Part shown: in pieces, positions 19,555 through 30,686 of the stretch
Layout of the letters: every line of letters begins with the position of its first letter
Position numbering within the stretch: position 1 is the first letter of the stretch
NCBI GenBank assembly: GCA_038524555.1
Contig: JBCBIN010000001.1
Span: 1-35,378, forward strand
DNA length: 35,378 nt
Direction: 5' to 3'
From: Cyanobacteria bacterium J06623_7
GTDB taxonomy: Bacteria; Cyanobacteriota; Cyanobacteriia; Cyanobacteriales; Xenococcaceae
Notes under the pieces: generated by a model
The model's database searches: none
Told to the model about the DNA's origin: nothing
Seen by the model: the letters and a program-made list of their open reading frames with translations, nothing else
Made by a program: the position numbers and the translations under genes

Positions 19555-20358
19555 CTAATCAGCCTGAGAGCCAAAAGACTTTTGATAAAGATGTTTAACG
19601 ATGGTGGCATCCGTCAGATTATATTGCAGAGGGGTAATAGTAATATAGCGATCGCGAATTGCCTGAACATCGGTCAAAATGTGGGGCGGCAGATTAATAT
19701 CTTCTGGCTGTTCGATATCTTCCACAATTTCTCCTTCCAGCCAGTAGTAACTTTTGCCCCGAGGATCTAGCCTCTGCTCGAATTTCTCAATGTAGCGGCG
19801 CAAACCCTGGCGAGTGACCATTACCCCGGCTATTTCGGCTTTGGTTACGGGGGGAATATTAACGCTTAATAGAGGAGGTTTAGGATAGTCATCCGCCAAT
19901 TGGGACAGCAACTCCACGGCAAAATCGGCGGCTGGCTGAAATTCAAAAGCAGAAAAGCTGGCGAGGCTAAAGGCAACGCTGGGAATGCCTTCTAAGACTC
20001 CTTCCATTGCTGCTGATACCGTCCCCGAATACAAAACGTCGGTACCTAAATTGGGCCCGTGATTAATTCCTGAATAGACAAAATCGGGGCGATCGTCTAA
20101 AACCGCACTGAGGGCAAACTTAACGCAGTCGGCGGGGGTTCCCGAACAAGACCAAGCGATTACTTCTGAGTCAAACACCGAATCCACTTGCTTGGCTCTA
20201 ATTGGTTGATGGAGAGTTAAGCCATGCCCCGTTGCCGAACGTTCGCGGTCTGGACACACCACCGTTACCTGATGACCAGCTCGTACCAAAGTATTAGCTA
20301 AAGTTCTTACTCCAAGAGCAAAAATACCGTCATCGTTACTAATTAAAATCTTGCTCAT
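19555..20358 (-). CDS. surE: 5'/3'-nucleotidase SurE
   Basis: 'ILISNDDG', 'SGTPADCV' and '[25 protein letters not shown]'. ATG at 20358. Confidence 0.96.
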   Translation of the reverse strand: MSKILISNDDGIFALGVRTLANTLVRAGHQVTVVCPDRERSATGHGLTLHQPIRAKQVDSVFDSEVIAWSCSGTPADCVKFALSAVLDDRPDFVYSGINHGPNLGTDVLYSGTVSAAMEGVLEGIPSVAFSLASFSAFEFQPAADFAVELLSQLADDYPKPPLLSVNIPPVTKAEIAGVMVTRQGLRRYIEKFEQRLDPRGKSYYWLEGEIVEDIEQPEDINLPPHILTDVQAIRDRYITITPLQYNLTDATIVKHLYQKSFGSQAD

Positions 20359-20529
20359 CAATTATTTATGGTCATATTAAACGCCTAATGTAAATTAGAT
20401 TCGTTGAAAGGTCATTAGCAGCATGAAACTTTGTTTCGCTAGTCGTCGAAAACGACGATCTGCACGTATCTCGATCCTGCTTAACAGGACGTGCTGCGCT
20501 ATCAGCTATCAGTAAAAACTAAATGAATT

Positions 20530-22518
20530 TTAGTCGATCGTGCCCGTGAGTGGCGAACTAGCGCTGGCGTATTGCTTAACGGGAATTCGACCCGATAGAT
20601 AGGCTAATCTTCCTGCCTCGGCTGCCATACCCATCGCTCGACCCATGGCCACAGGATTCTGGGCTAAGGCGATCGCACTATTAACTAACAGCGCATCTGC
20701 GCCCATTTCCATTGCCAAAGCTGCTTCACTGGGAGTACCAATACCCGCATCTACCACGACGGGGACGTTAGCTTCTTCGATAATAATGGCAATATTCGCC
20801 GCATTATTGATGCCCTGTCCCGAACCGATGGGAGAACCAAGGGGCATTACTGTCGCGCAACCAGCCTCTTCTAGGCGCTTTGCTAACAGTGGATCGGCGT
20901 TGATATAGGGCAGCACGGCAAAACCTTCCTTAACTAGCTGTTCTGCCGCCTGTAGAGTGCCAATGGGGTCAGGTAAAAGATACTTAGCATCGGGAATAAC
21001 CTCTAGCTTGATAAAGTTATTATCTTCCTGTCCCAGCAGCTTGGCCATTTCGCGACCCAAGCGAGCCACCCTAACCGCTTCTTCTGCGGTCTTACAGCCG
21101 GCTGTGTTGGGCAACATCCAAATTTTGCTCCAGTCGATGGCTTCGGCTAAACCTTCGTGTCCCGGGGCTTTAGTCTGTACCCGTCTCACCGCTACGGTAA
21201 TGATTTCACAGCCGCTAGCGGCAACGCTTTCTTGCATGGTTTGCATACTAGGATATTTGCCCGTTCCCGTCATCAGTCGCGAGGTAAAGGTGCGCCCGGC
21301 AATAGTCAGGGGTAGATCGTCTTCAATCAGGCGATCGCCAAATACGGAGTTAGTCGCCGTCGGCAGAGGTGCGGCGGGAGTCGATTCGATTTGTAGGGAT
21401 AATTTGGGATTTAATTGAGGATTGCTTAAAGTCATTGTCGGTTGTGCAAAACGTTGGTAGCTAAATGCGTTGAGGAGGGGGTCATATTTTTGTTCGAGAA
21501 TTAAATCGGCAATTAAAGCGGCGGTAATTGGTGCGAGCAAAATACCGTTACGATAGTGCCCCGTAGCCAAGAATAAATTTTCACAGTCACTCCGCCCCAA
21601 AATTGGTAGCTCATCGGCAGTCCCCGGACGAAAACCCCACCAGAGTTCTTCGATTTGCCAGTCGGCAGCAGCGGGATAGAGTTCAGTAGTCTTGCTCAGT
21701 AAAGTTTGAATCCCCTGGGGTGTATTAAAAGGAGTCCAGTCCACTTCTTCCACTGTCGCGCCCACGATCAACCTGCCATCTTGTCGCGGTACGAGATATA
21801 CACCGTCACCATATAAAATTCGCTGGAGAGGATAGGGTTGATGTCGCCTTTGAGGCATCCTTAGAGAAAGCATTTGTCCCTTGACTGGGCGTACTGGCAA
21901 GGGCATGAGTTTACTCGCCCAGGAACCTGCGGCTAAAACATACTGATCGGCTTCGAGCTGGCCCGCACTCGTCCACACGCCATTGACTCTTCCCTGATGT
22001 TGCTGAATTGCCGTGACGCTAACTCCTTCCTGAATCTCTATACCTAAAGTCTGGGCTGCCTGTAATAACGATCGCATCAAACAGCGATTGTCTACCTGTC
22101 CATCCTCGGGATACCACCAGCCGCCAACGATGCGGTCGCTCAATCCGGGCTGATAGAAATCAATTGTTTTTTTATCTAACCAGGTGGCACTCGGGGCGGA
22201 AGCGACTGATTCTGGTTGACGATATGTTGGAGCTAAAATTCCACAGGGCAAATAATTAGTCTCTACTCCGGTAAGTTCTTCCAGTTTTTGCGTCCATTCC
22301 GGGTAGAGCCAACGGGAACGTAGACATAGCTCTAACAAAGGGGGCGAAACCAGCTTTTCAGCGAGAGGTGCGAGCATTCCGGCTGCGGCGTGGGATGCTG
22401 CTTGGCTAAAATCTTGACTGACTACGGTAACTCTTGCGCCCTTGCGCCTTAACTCGACGGCGATCGCCAGACCGATTACACCACCACCGATGACTAAAAT
22501 ATCTCTTGCTGCTTTCAT
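20530..22518 (-). CDS. thiG: Bifunctional glycine oxidase ThiO / thiazole synthase ThiG fusion
   Basis: N-half: 'VIGGGVIG', 'ASHAAAGML', '[11 protein letters not shown]' (ThiO). C-half: '[10 protein letters not shown]', 'LPNTAGC', 'KLEVI', '[13 protein letters not shown]', 'VDAGIG' (ThiG). Confidence 0.95.
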   Translation of the reverse strand: MKAARDILVIGGGVIGLAIAVELRRKGARVTVVSQDFSQAASHAAAGMLAPLAEKLVSPPLLELCLRSRWLYPEWTQKLEELTGVETNYLPCGILAPTYRQPESVASAPSATWLDKKTIDFYQPGLSDRIVGGWWYPEDGQVDNRCLMRSLLQAAQTLGIEIQEGVSVTAIQQHQGRVNGVWTSAGQLEADQYVLAAGSWASKLMPLPVRPVKGQMLSLRMPQRRHQPYPLQRILYGDGVYLVPRQDGRLIVGATVEEVDWTPFNTPQGIQTLLSKTTELYPAAADWQIEELWWGFRPGTADELPILGRSDCENLFLATGHYRNGILLAPITAALIADLILEQKYDPLLNAFSYQRFAQPTMTLSNPQLNPKLSLQIESTPAAPLPTATNSVFGDRLIEDDLPLTIAGRTFTSRLMTGTGKYPSMQTMQESVAASGCEIITVAVRRVQTKAPGHEGLAEAIDWSKIWMLPNTAGCKTAEEAVRVARLGREMAKLLGQEDNNFIKLEVIPDAKYLLPDPIGTLQAAEQLVKEGFAVLPYINADPLLAKRLEEAGCATVMPLGSPIGSGQGINNAANIAIIIEEANVPVVVDAGIGTPSEAALAMEMGADALLVNSAIALAQNPVAMGRAMGMAAEAGRLAYLSGRIPVKQYASASSPLTGTID

Positions 22519-23046
22519 TATGAATTAAGCCCTCATCTCTCCTACTCTAACGTGAAAATATGGTTGGAGAAATAAACTTAATTTACGGTAAGGCAAGTAT
22601 AAATTTGGACATCAATTGTTATGGTTAAACAGCCAAGTAATTAAGAGGACTTAAGTCAAAACCAAATTATTCGCTTAAATGTTCTAATTGCGTCCGGTTG
22701 ATGTTGCCATTTTCTGGCATTTTTTGACAGGCAAATAACAAAACAACCAGCAAAATAGACGTGAACAAATGATTAATTAACGTCCAAAAATTGTTCAACA
22801 TAATCTCAAGATCCTAGTACACCACATTATTCTCTATGGTGGGGCAAGCTAAGTCGGTTTTCCTGCGTATTATTACAGGTACAAAATTGGCACAACAGCC
22901 TCCAGATCAGACCAAAGGCTATTTGCTCGACATGTTAGATTCAAATTTGATTAACCTGAAAACAACAAGCGATCGCTCTGACAATATATCTTCTCAAAGC
23001 GATCGCTCTCCAGCGGATATTTAATTATCGATAGCAGCCGGCTTAA

Positions 23047-23997
23047 TTAAACTGAAACTGGTGCTGCATGCTGACGGTACCATTCGATGGTGTTTTTAAG
23101 ACCCTGACGAAATTCCGTTTCCGCCACAAAGTCAAACTTCTCTTTCGCTCTTTGAGTATCCAAACAACGACGGGGCTGTCCGTTAGGCTGGTCGGTTTGC
23201 CAGACAATTTCGCCATCAAAACCCATCAGTTCGCAGATGGTTTCTACTAAATCCTTGATTTTTACTTCGTGATTAGTGCCTAAGTTCACCGGGGCAGCTT
23301 CGTTATAAGACTGGGTTGCCATGACAATCCCTCGTGCCGCATCGGTAGAATAAAGAAACTCTCGGGTGGGACTACCATCACCCCAGGCGGGAAGTTGCTT
23401 ATCTCCTCTGGCTTGCGCTTCGTATACCTTGCGAATCAAAGCGGGAATCACGTGAGAACTACGGGGATCGAAGTTATCTTCTGGGCCATATAAGTTGACG
23501 GGCAGTAGGTAAATACCGTTAAAGTTATACTGCTGACGATAGGCCTCTAGCTGCACCAACAATGCCTTTTTAGCAATACCGTAGGGCGCATTGGTTTCTT
23601 CGGGGTATCCCTCCCACAGGTCATCTTCCTTGAAAGGTACGGGGGTAAATTTGGGATAGGCGCAAATCGTCCCGACACAGACAAATTTCTCTACTCCCTC
23701 TTGATAGGCAGCGTGAATTAGCTGAGTTCCCATCATCAGGTTGTCGTAAAACAGTTCAGCGGGCTTTTCACGATTGAGACCGATTCCCCCCACATGAGCT
23801 GCTAAGTGTACTACTACATCTTGATTCTTAACTGCCTGCTGGCAATTTTCCCACTTAACTAAATCCAATTCGCGCGATCGCGGCGTGCTAATTTTGCCAA
23901 TTGTCGCCCCTGCCTGGCACAACTGGTCTACTACCTGCTTGCCTAAAAAACCATTGCCACCCGTTACCAGGATATTTTTGTCTTGTAAACTCAACAT
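23047..23997 (-). CDS. fcl: GDP-L-fucose synthase
   Basis: '[11 protein letters not shown]', 'YGIAK', 'NLYGPEDNF' and '[10 protein letters not shown]'. Directly downstream of gmd. Confidence 0.93.
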   Translation of the reverse strand: MLSLQDKNILVTGGNGFLGKQVVDQLCQAGATIGKISTPRSRELDLVKWENCQQAVKNQDVVVHLAAHVGGIGLNREKPAELFYDNLMMGTQLIHAAYQEGVEKFVCVGTICAYPKFTPVPFKEDDLWEGYPEETNAPYGIAKKALLVQLEAYRQQYNFNGIYLLPVNLYGPEDNFDPRSSHVIPALIRKVYEAQARGDKQLPAWGDGSPTREFLYSTDAARGIVMATQSYNEAAPVNLGTNHEVKIKDLVETICELMGFDGEIVWQTDQPNGQPRRCLDTQRAKEKFDFVAETEFRQGLKNTIEWYRQHAAPVSV

Positions 23998-24089
23998 TGC
24001 TAATTAAGATTGGATACGTAAGTATTTTAAGTACTAAGCTGTAAATTGAGTCAAATTGCCTCAACGACTTAGATAGCTCATGAAATGGC

Positions 24090-25160
24090 TCAATCAACAA
24101 TGGTGGCAAAGTTACGACGGTTGAGAGTGCTGTCATCGCTCTGACTGCCGTCGGGAGTTTCTAGTCCCAGGTTAATCAAATCGGCATTAACCATCAATTT
24201 AACTAGCTCTTCAAAGGTAACTGATGGTTCCCAACCGAGCTGCTTTTTCGCTTTAGTTGGGTCGCCAATCAAAAGATCGACTTCGGCTGGTCGTAGATAG
24301 CGTGGATCGAAAGCGACATAATCGTGCCAGTCTAGATTGACGTGACCAAAAGCAATATCGAGAAATTCTTTAATTTCATAAGTTTCTCCCGTGGCGACAA
24401 CATAATCATCGGGTTGCTCCTGTTGTAGCATCATCCACATCGCACGAACGTAGTCTTTGGCATAGCCCCAGTCTCTTTTTGAGTCGAGATTACCCAAATA
24501 AAGTTTTTTCTGGGTTCCTTCCACAATGCGGGCTACGGCTCTGGTAATTTTTCGAGTTACAAAGGTTTCCCCACGACGAGGAGATTCGTGGTTGAAGAGA
24601 ATACCGTTACAGGCAAATAGATCGTAGGACTCGCGGTAGTTGATGGTTTGCCAGTGAGCATATACCTTGGCGCAGGAATAAGGACTGCGAGGATAGAAAG
24701 GAGTAGTTTCTTTTTGGGGCACCTCCATTACCTTACCGAACATTTCTGAGGAACCAGCCTGATAGAAACGAACCTCAATTCCCGTCCTTTGTTGATAGTC
24801 TCTAACTGCCTCAAGTACCCTTAAAGCGCCCATGGCCACAGAATCTACCGTGTATTCGGGAGAGTCAAAACTAACCCGGACGTGGGACTGTGCCCCCAGG
24901 TTGTAAACTTCGATGGGCTTGACTTCTTCGAAGATGCGTCTAAGAGTAGTTCCGTCAGTCAGGTCACCATAGTGCAAAAACAGCTTGGCATCGGGGCTAT
25001 GAGGGTCGATGTAGATATGGTCGATGCGATCAGTATTAAAAGTAGAAGTTCGGCGGATAATGCCGTGCACTTCATAACCCTTTTCTAACAAAAGCTCGCT
25101 GAGATATGAACCGTCTTGACCAGTAATGCCCGTGATCAAAGCTACCTTGCGTTCGCTCAT
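24090..25160 (-). CDS. gmd: GDP-mannose 4,6-dehydratase
   Basis: '[14 protein letters not shown]', 'AQSHVRVSF', 'FYPRSPY' and '[17 protein letters not shown]'. Confidence 0.97.
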   Translation of the reverse strand: MSERKVALITGITGQDGSYLSELLLEKGYEVHGIIRRTSTFNTDRIDHIYIDPHSPDAKLFLHYGDLTDGTTLRRIFEEVKPIEVYNLGAQSHVRVSFDSPEYTVDSVAMGALRVLEAVRDYQQRTGIEVRFYQAGSSEMFGKVMEVPQKETTPFYPRSPYSCAKVYAHWQTINYRESYDLFACNGILFNHESPRRGETFVTRKITRAVARIVEGTQKKLYLGNLDSKRDWGYAKDYVRAMWMMLQQEQPDDYVVATGETYEIKEFLDIAFGHVNLDWHDYVAFDPRYLRPAEVDLLIGDPTKAKKQLGWEPSVTFEELVKLMVNADLINLGLETPDGSQSDDSTLNRRNFATIVD

Positions 25161-25463
25161 TTGTTTAATCTACCTAACTAGTTATTTGTGTTTAGCATTA
25201 TGCATTTTTTTCCACTATAATACAACAACAATAAAATATATTCCGCAATAATACATAAAGTCGCGGCTTAATCTTAACAGCTGTCGGAATTATAATCGAG
25301 GCAAATATAAGAATTTATTTAACTAATTGTTCACCTTAAAATCAAAGGTTATTTTAATAATTATAATTTGTCTTTATTGGCAATAAAATATGTTTTTTAG
25401 TTTCTATTCTCCTCCAGGTGCACCAATAAGCAAGGGACGTTAGCTAACATGCTGATTTTTTGC

Positions 25464-26192
25464 TTAGTAAGCACCGTTGTTACGAGGAAACAGCATTACG
25501 CCAATGGTTTTATAGATAATCCACAGATCTAGCAGCAGGTTGCGGCTCTTAGCATAGTAAACATCAATTTGAACCCTTTTCGGATAGGGAATATCATTCC
25601 GACCCGAAACTTGCCACAGTCCAGTTATACCCGGCTTAATTTGCAGCACGGTATTAATTTTGTGACCGTATTTTGGCAGCTCTTCTGGGACGAGAGGTCT
25701 AGGACCCACAACGCTCATTTCCCCTTTTAAAACGTTCCAAAACTGAGGAAATTCATCTAAACTAGTCAAGCGCAAAAAGTTACCGATTCTGGTAATGCGC
25801 GGATCTTGCTTGAGCTTAAAGCTCTGCTGAAATTCTGCTCGTACTGCCTCAGAATCTTGCATAATAGTTGCTAACACTTCATCGGCATTATTAACCATCG
25901 TTCTAAATTTAATGCAGTAAAAAGGCTGGTGATTTTTGCCTATTCTCTTTTGGACATAAAAAACTGGCCCCCTAGAGCTGGCAGCAACCAAAATCATCAA
26001 AATCAAATAAACGGGGGAAAATATAGTCAATACCAGTGAGGCAAAAACTATATCAAATGTTCTTTTATAAAAATTTCCGTTGAGAATAGTGAGGAAAAAT
26101 CTTAAACGATTTAAATCGAATAAAGCTCTAAGGCTTTTTCTGACCATTCCTTGAACTATCTTGACGGAAATAAGCTGGCTGTTAGCAGTCAT
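25464..26192 (-). CDS. Bacterial sugar transferase (priming phosphoglycosyl transferase, WbaP/WcaJ C-terminal type)
   Basis: 'KRTFDI', 'KFRTM', 'DPRITRIG.FLR.TSLDEFPQFWNVLKGEMSVVGPRP' and 'KPGITGLWQVSGR'. Confidence 0.92.
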   Translation of the reverse strand: MTANSQLISVKIVQGMVRKSLRALFDLNRLRFFLTILNGNFYKRTFDIVFASLVLTIFSPVYLILMILVAASSRGPVFYVQKRIGKNHQPFYCIKFRTMVNNADEVLATIMQDSEAVRAEFQQSFKLKQDPRITRIGNFLRLTSLDEFPQFWNVLKGEMSVVGPRPLVPEELPKYGHKINTVLQIKPGITGLWQVSGRNDIPYPKRVQIDVYYAKSRNLLLDLWIIYKTIGVMLFPRNNGAY

Positions 26193-26297
26193 CTTACTCC
26201 TTCACTCATCACACCACACATCACTCGATCGCAAATCGATTGAATTTTAATTGACTCTAATTTGCTCGATTTAAACACAAACTAAGCCGTTAATTAA

Positions 26298-27443
26298 TTA
26301 GATCTTCGATCTAGATTGCCATTCGTGATGACAATCTTCAATATATTCTAGATAGGATTGCTGGAAAACTGCCGGACTAAATTTTTCTGCCTGTTGACGG
26401 CAATTATGGGGGTCGATTTGAGGCAGTTGTTCAAAAGCTTCTACCGCAGCAGTTAATGCCTCGGTTTTCTGGGCGTTAAATAGCAATCCCGTACCGTCCT
26501 TAGGACATCGGCGAATGTCCTTAACTGTTTCTAATGCACCTCCTTTTCCATAGGCAATCACCGGCGTACCGCAAGCTTGAGCTTCGACTAAGGCAATTCC
26601 AAAATCTTCACAGGCAGCATAGACGAAAGCTTTAGCTCTAGTTATGTACTGCTGAACTATATTATGCGGTTGCCAACCCAATACCCGAACGTGAGGCTCG
26701 GCTAATTGACGTATTTGAGCTAGTTGTGAACCAGAACCAATAATCACTAGGGGTTTCTTTAGCTGATTAAATGCTTTGACAATTAAGCATATTTGTTTAT
26801 AACTCACCAAGCGAGAAATTGTCAGATAGAAATCGTCTTTTTCAGGCTGAAAATCAAATCTATCGACCTCAACTGGGGGATAAATTACTTTAGCAGGACG
26901 ACGATAACAGCGCCAAATACGATTGGCTGTATGGTGAGAATTAGCGATAAAATAATCTACCCGATTGGCAGAGATAACGTCCCACTGCCGCAGACGATGC
27001 AGTATGTATCTGGCTATCAGCCCCTGTATTCCCTGCCCCTTGCGATCGCCTTGAAGATAGTCAAAAGTTAAGTCCCAGGCATAGCGCATAGGTGTGTGGC
27101 AGTAGCAAATGTGTAGCTGGTGAGGACTGGTTAAAACTCCTTTCGCAACAGCATGGGAGGAGGAAAGGATAATGTCATAGTGATTGAGGTCGAGTTGCTC
27201 GATCGCAATGGGTAATAGAGGTAGATACTTTTGTACGCCGTTCCGCGCCTGAGGAAATTTTTGCAGGAAAGTGGTAGATATCTGCCGTTGATAGAGATAG
27301 CTGTCCGGATTGGTCGATTCAAAATCGATTAGGGCGTATAAATCGGCATCGACATGTTGTAAGATTTCTCGAACTACTAGCTCAGAGCCTCCAGTCGCCT
27401 TGGGGGTCAACCATTCGTGAACTAGAGCGTATTTTAATTCCAC
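26298..27443 (-). CDS. Family 4 glycosyltransferase (WbaZ mannosyltransferase-like)
   Basis: 'ALVHEWL..GGSE', 'CYCHTPMRYAWD' and 'EDFGIALVEAQACGTPVIAY'. Confidence 0.9.
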   Translation of the reverse strand: MELKYALVHEWLTPKATGGSELVVREILQHVDADLYALIDFESTNPDSYLYQRQISTTFLQKFPQARNGVQKYLPLLPIAIEQLDLNHYDIILSSSHAVAKGVLTSPHQLHICYCHTPMRYAWDLTFDYLQGDRKGQGIQGLIARYILHRLRQWDVISANRVDYFIANSHHTANRIWRCYRRPAKVIYPPVEVDRFDFQPEKDDFYLTISRLVSYKQICLIVKAFNQLKKPLVIIGSGSQLAQIRQLAEPHVRVLGWQPHNIVQQYITRAKAFVYAACEDFGIALVEAQACGTPVIAYGKGGALETVKDIRRCPKDGTGLLFNAQKTEALTAAVEAFEQLPQIDPHNCRQQAEKFSPAVFQQSYLEYIEDCHHEWQSRSKI

Positions 27444-27585
27444 AGCTAGTTATTTACCAAAATAAAAATTTGTCTAACAGTAATTTGCTGTTTAACAGCT
27501 AATATTAACAAATTTGACCGATAGCGGCTGCATAATTTTGCTTGATCGCCAAGATTGAATATTTTTTAATCGAAGAGATTTGGAG

Positions 27586-29181
27586 TTACCGTACTAACTC
27601 GGAACGATTGGTAACTAACTGCCAGGATTGACTCTGGGCTACAACATGGCGGTTTTGTAGCTCTAGGGGGGGAGATGCCGGATCGATTAGAACATAAATG
27701 CTCATGCCCTCAGAATTTTGCCATAGCTGTTCCAGTTGCCGATTGGCCTGATTTTCTACCACGCGATCGCTGTAAAATTCTAATGATGGACGACCATGGG
27801 GATGGTTGGTATAAATTTTCTGCCCTGGTGGAGTGTACTTTCGCACCATGATGGCGATAGGCTTGACTGGATAAGAATTATTCAGCTCCCATAGCCAGTG
27901 ACTGGTATTAAACAGCAACAGTAAGGCCAGATAAAATCCAACTATGGTAACCCCGATAAAATTATGACTGCGACGCCATAATAAGACCCCCGCAATAGTA
28001 AAGCTGATAGCGGCAACCAGAATAATTATTGCCAAATCGGGCTGTGGTTCGGCATCGATCGCCCCATAATAGAGGCTACCCAGCCAGCAAACTACCGCAA
28101 TTAAGCTGAAAAATATTTGCCACCAGTAGCTTGTCTCCTTTCTGTGCCAAATCCGCCCCAGGGCATTGCCTACTAGTAACGCAAGAGCGGGATAGATGGG
28201 GATAACGTACCAGGGTAATTTGGTCTCCATCAAGGAAATTGCTAGCAGATAAACTATAACCCAGGTCAAAGTAAGCTTGCTCCAGCTTTGGAGGCGATTA
28301 CGAACCGCTAGCTTGAGTCCGTAAGGAAGAAATATCAGCCAGGGAAAGCCATATTTAGCAATTTCTAGCAGATAGTACCAGGGCGGTGCAGCTAGGTTAC
28401 TAACGGGAGTCCAAATACGCTCGAAGGTCTGATCCCCCAAGCTGATGCCCAGAAATGCCGCTCCATAATGCTGATATTGCAGCAAATACCAGGCGATCGC
28501 TGGCAAGACTCCCAGAACCAAGCAGCCCCAAAAATAACCAGTCTGAAGCCGCTTAAAATCGTCCCAAGCCAGGAAAATAATTAGAATCCCTCCCAGCAAT
28601 ACGCCAATCATAATCCCCTTAGTCAGGCAAATTAGCCCCAGGGCAATCCCCGTAGTCCACAGCCACCCCGAACCTTGGCGACTCCGTAGTAAACACCAAA
28701 CTCCCAGACAAAACCAGCAGGAAATCGCCCCATCGAGCATCGCGACTCTGCCATGGCGGACAACAGGTAGCAAGGTCAAATGAACTGCCCCACTCAAAAC
28801 CGCTGCAGGTAGAGAGAAACACAATTCTCGGGCAATTAGGTAGACCAGGGGCACCGAAACAGCCGAAATAATTGCAGGAGGCAAACGGGTACTCCACTCG
28901 CTAATGCCAAATAGCCTGTAGCTGAGGGCGATCGCACTATGAATTAGGGGCGGCTTGTTCCAATAAGGATCGCCATAATTAATCGTGGGATAGAGCCAGG
29001 TCTGGGTCCCCGGTTCAGCACGATAGATATTACGCGCAACCCCCGCCACAATGCCTTCATCCCAATCCCTTAAAGGCAAATCCCCTAACCCGGCTGTATA
29101 TAAAATCAATGCCGCCAACAGTAAGCAAATTACCCACAGGCTGTCTCGATTCCAAAGCTGACTACGACCTGACTTATTCAT
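27586..29181 (-). CDS. ArnT/GT39 (PMT-family) membrane glycosyltransferase
   Basis: 'LRDWDEG', 'NKPPL', 'EWSTRLP', 'TKLPWYVIPIYPALAL'. Many TM segments. Confidence 0.88.
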   Translation of the reverse strand: MNKSGRSQLWNRDSLWVICLLLAALILYTAGLGDLPLRDWDEGIVAGVARNIYRAEPGTQTWLYPTINYGDPYWNKPPLIHSAIALSYRLFGISEWSTRLPPAIISAVSVPLVYLIARELCFSLPAAVLSGAVHLTLLPVVRHGRVAMLDGAISCWFCLGVWCLLRSRQGSGWLWTTGIALGLICLTKGIMIGVLLGGILIIFLAWDDFKRLQTGYFWGCLVLGVLPAIAWYLLQYQHYGAAFLGISLGDQTFERIWTPVSNLAAPPWYYLLEIAKYGFPWLIFLPYGLKLAVRNRLQSWSKLTLTWVIVYLLAISLMETKLPWYVIPIYPALALLVGNALGRIWHRKETSYWWQIFFSLIAVVCWLGSLYYGAIDAEPQPDLAIIILVAAISFTIAGVLLWRRSHNFIGVTIVGFYLALLLLFNTSHWLWELNNSYPVKPIAIMVRKYTPPGQKIYTNHPHGRPSLEFYSDRVVENQANRQLEQLWQNSEGMSIYVLIDPASPPLELQNRHVVAQSQSWQLVTNRSELVR

Positions 29182-29199
29182 CCCGATTGCTAATCCTCT

Positions 29200-29577
29200 C
29201 TATTCTGGGTAGCCACTAACCCCGCCAGAATAACCGCTAACTGCACCAGGATCGCTATCTCCCCGAGAACCGAGTAGCTCTAGGCGATCAACCTTAATAA
29301 TCGGACGCGATCGCATGCCTCCTGTATTTCTATCTGTCCAGGTATCAATTTTAAATGACCCTTGAACGGCAATTTGCTTGCCTTTCTGAACGTAGTTACC
29401 GGCTATTTCCGCAGTTTTCCCCCAAAGTTCTAAATTGAACCAGTCTGGCTGGTCGCTGTTACGAGAGCGACGATTCACCGCCAGAGGCAGGGTACATTTC
29501 ACCGAACCCGAATCAAAATACTTAACTTCTGGGTTGGCCCCAGCACGACCGACTAAATTAACTACATTGAGAGCCAT
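29200..29577 (-). CDS. ssb: Single-stranded DNA-binding protein (short cyanobacterial type)
   Basis: 'NVVNLVGRAG..PEVKYFDSG', 'DWFNLELWGKTAEIAGNYV.KG' (OB fold). Confidence 0.95.
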   Translation of the reverse strand: MALNVVNLVGRAGANPEVKYFDSGSVKCTLPLAVNRRSRNSDQPDWFNLELWGKTAEIAGNYVQKGKQIAVQGSFKIDTWTDRNTGGMRSRPIIKVDRLELLGSRGDSDPGAVSGYSGGVSGYPE

Positions 29578-29591
29578 AAGCTGTTTTTTAT

Positions 29592-29605
29592 AGTACTAAA
29601 GAACT
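29592..29605. promoter_or_regulatory. LexA-box-like site upstream of ssb
   Basis: AGTACTAAAGAACT has one mismatch to the cyanobacterial LexA consensus RGTACNNNDGTWCB and lies 14 nt upstream of the ssb ATG. Confidence 0.6.
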
Positions 29606-29761
29606 AAATTGAGACTTCTTAGTCTAGCAAATTATCGCCAGGCAATACCAGTAATCAGTAATCAAGATGCTTGAGTTGACGATCGCCGGGCAAAAGTTAA
29701 CACTATATCCAAGCTTTGATTTCTAGAATATTGGTAGCTTCTATCCTGAATAAATAAATAA

Positions 29762-30574
29762 ATGAAAAACGAACAGATTCCCTATAAATTATTTACTTAT
29801 GTTGGCTTAGGATTTTTACTGTTTTTAATCCTCGGTATGTTTAAACCATTTACGATTATTAAAGCGGGCGATCGCGGCGTAATTATGCGCTTTGGTAAAG
29901 TTCAAGACGTGATTTTAGATGAAGGCTTGCACCCCATTATTCCGGTGGTAAATACGGTCAAACCTCTGAGCGTGCGCGTCCAAAAAAACGATATTGATGC
30001 CGAAGCTTCCTCTAAAGATTTGCAGGATATTAAAACTCAGGTAGCCTTAAACTGGCATATTGACCCAACCAAAGTAAATAAAGTTTTTCAGCGGGTGGGA
30101 GACGAACAACAAATTGTCTTTCGGATTATTACTCCGGCGGTAGCGGAGATTGTTAAAGCTGCCACGGCGCAAAAAAATGCTGAGGAAATTATTACCAAGC
30201 GCAAAGAAATTAAGCAGCAGATTGATATAGAGCTCAAGGAAAGATTGGATGACTACGGAATTTTGGTCGATGATGTTTCCCTCGTAAACGTCTCATTTTC
30301 CCCCGAGTTTGCCCGAGCGATTGAAGCCAAGCAAATTGCCGAACAACAGGCAAAACAGGCCGATTTTGAAGCACTCAAGGCCGAAAAAACAGCTCAGGCG
30401 GAAATTAATCGCGCGAAGGGACAAGCGGAAGCCCAAAGATTGCAAAAGTTGACTTTAACTCCTGCACTACTGCAAAAAGAAGCAATTAAAAAGTGGGACG
30501 GCAAATTTCCAACAGTTATGGGGGGCGATGGCGCACTACCTTTTATTAATATCAATCCGCAAAATGCCAACTAA
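29762..30574 (+). CDS. SPFH/Band 7 prohibitin-family protein
   Basis: N-terminal TM segment, 'GVIMRFGKV', 'ASSKDLQ' and coiled coil 'FARAIEAKQIAEQQA'. Confidence 0.92.
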   Translation: MKNEQIPYKLFTYVGLGFLLFLILGMFKPFTIIKAGDRGVIMRFGKVQDVILDEGLHPIIPVVNTVKPLSVRVQKNDIDAEASSKDLQDIKTQVALNWHIDPTKVNKVFQRVGDEQQIVFRIITPAVAEIVKAATAQKNAEEIITKRKEIKQQIDIELKERLDDYGILVDDVSLVNVSFSPEFARAIEAKQIAEQQAKQADFEALKAEKTAQAEINRAKGQAEAQRLQKLTLTPALLQKEAIKKWDGKFPTVMGGDGALPFININPQNAN

Positions 30575-30686
30575 ATAAAAGCCGTACAGGTTACATGTAA
30601 GAAAAGCGATCTCTAAAACGGGGAAAACAGCGCTACTTAGCAGCTTAACTCCAATCTGAGTTCACATCTGTGAAATAGTCAAATAT

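Noticed and set aside
20645-21418. Plus-strand ORFs of 87 and 153 aa
   Set aside because: Antisense in-register shadows of the ThiG domain.
22519-23046. TPP riboswitch or small gene (22836-23024) upstream of thiO-thiG
   Set aside because: No GCTGAGA/CCTGA..GTAA core is visible, and the 62-aa ORF has no recognisable features.
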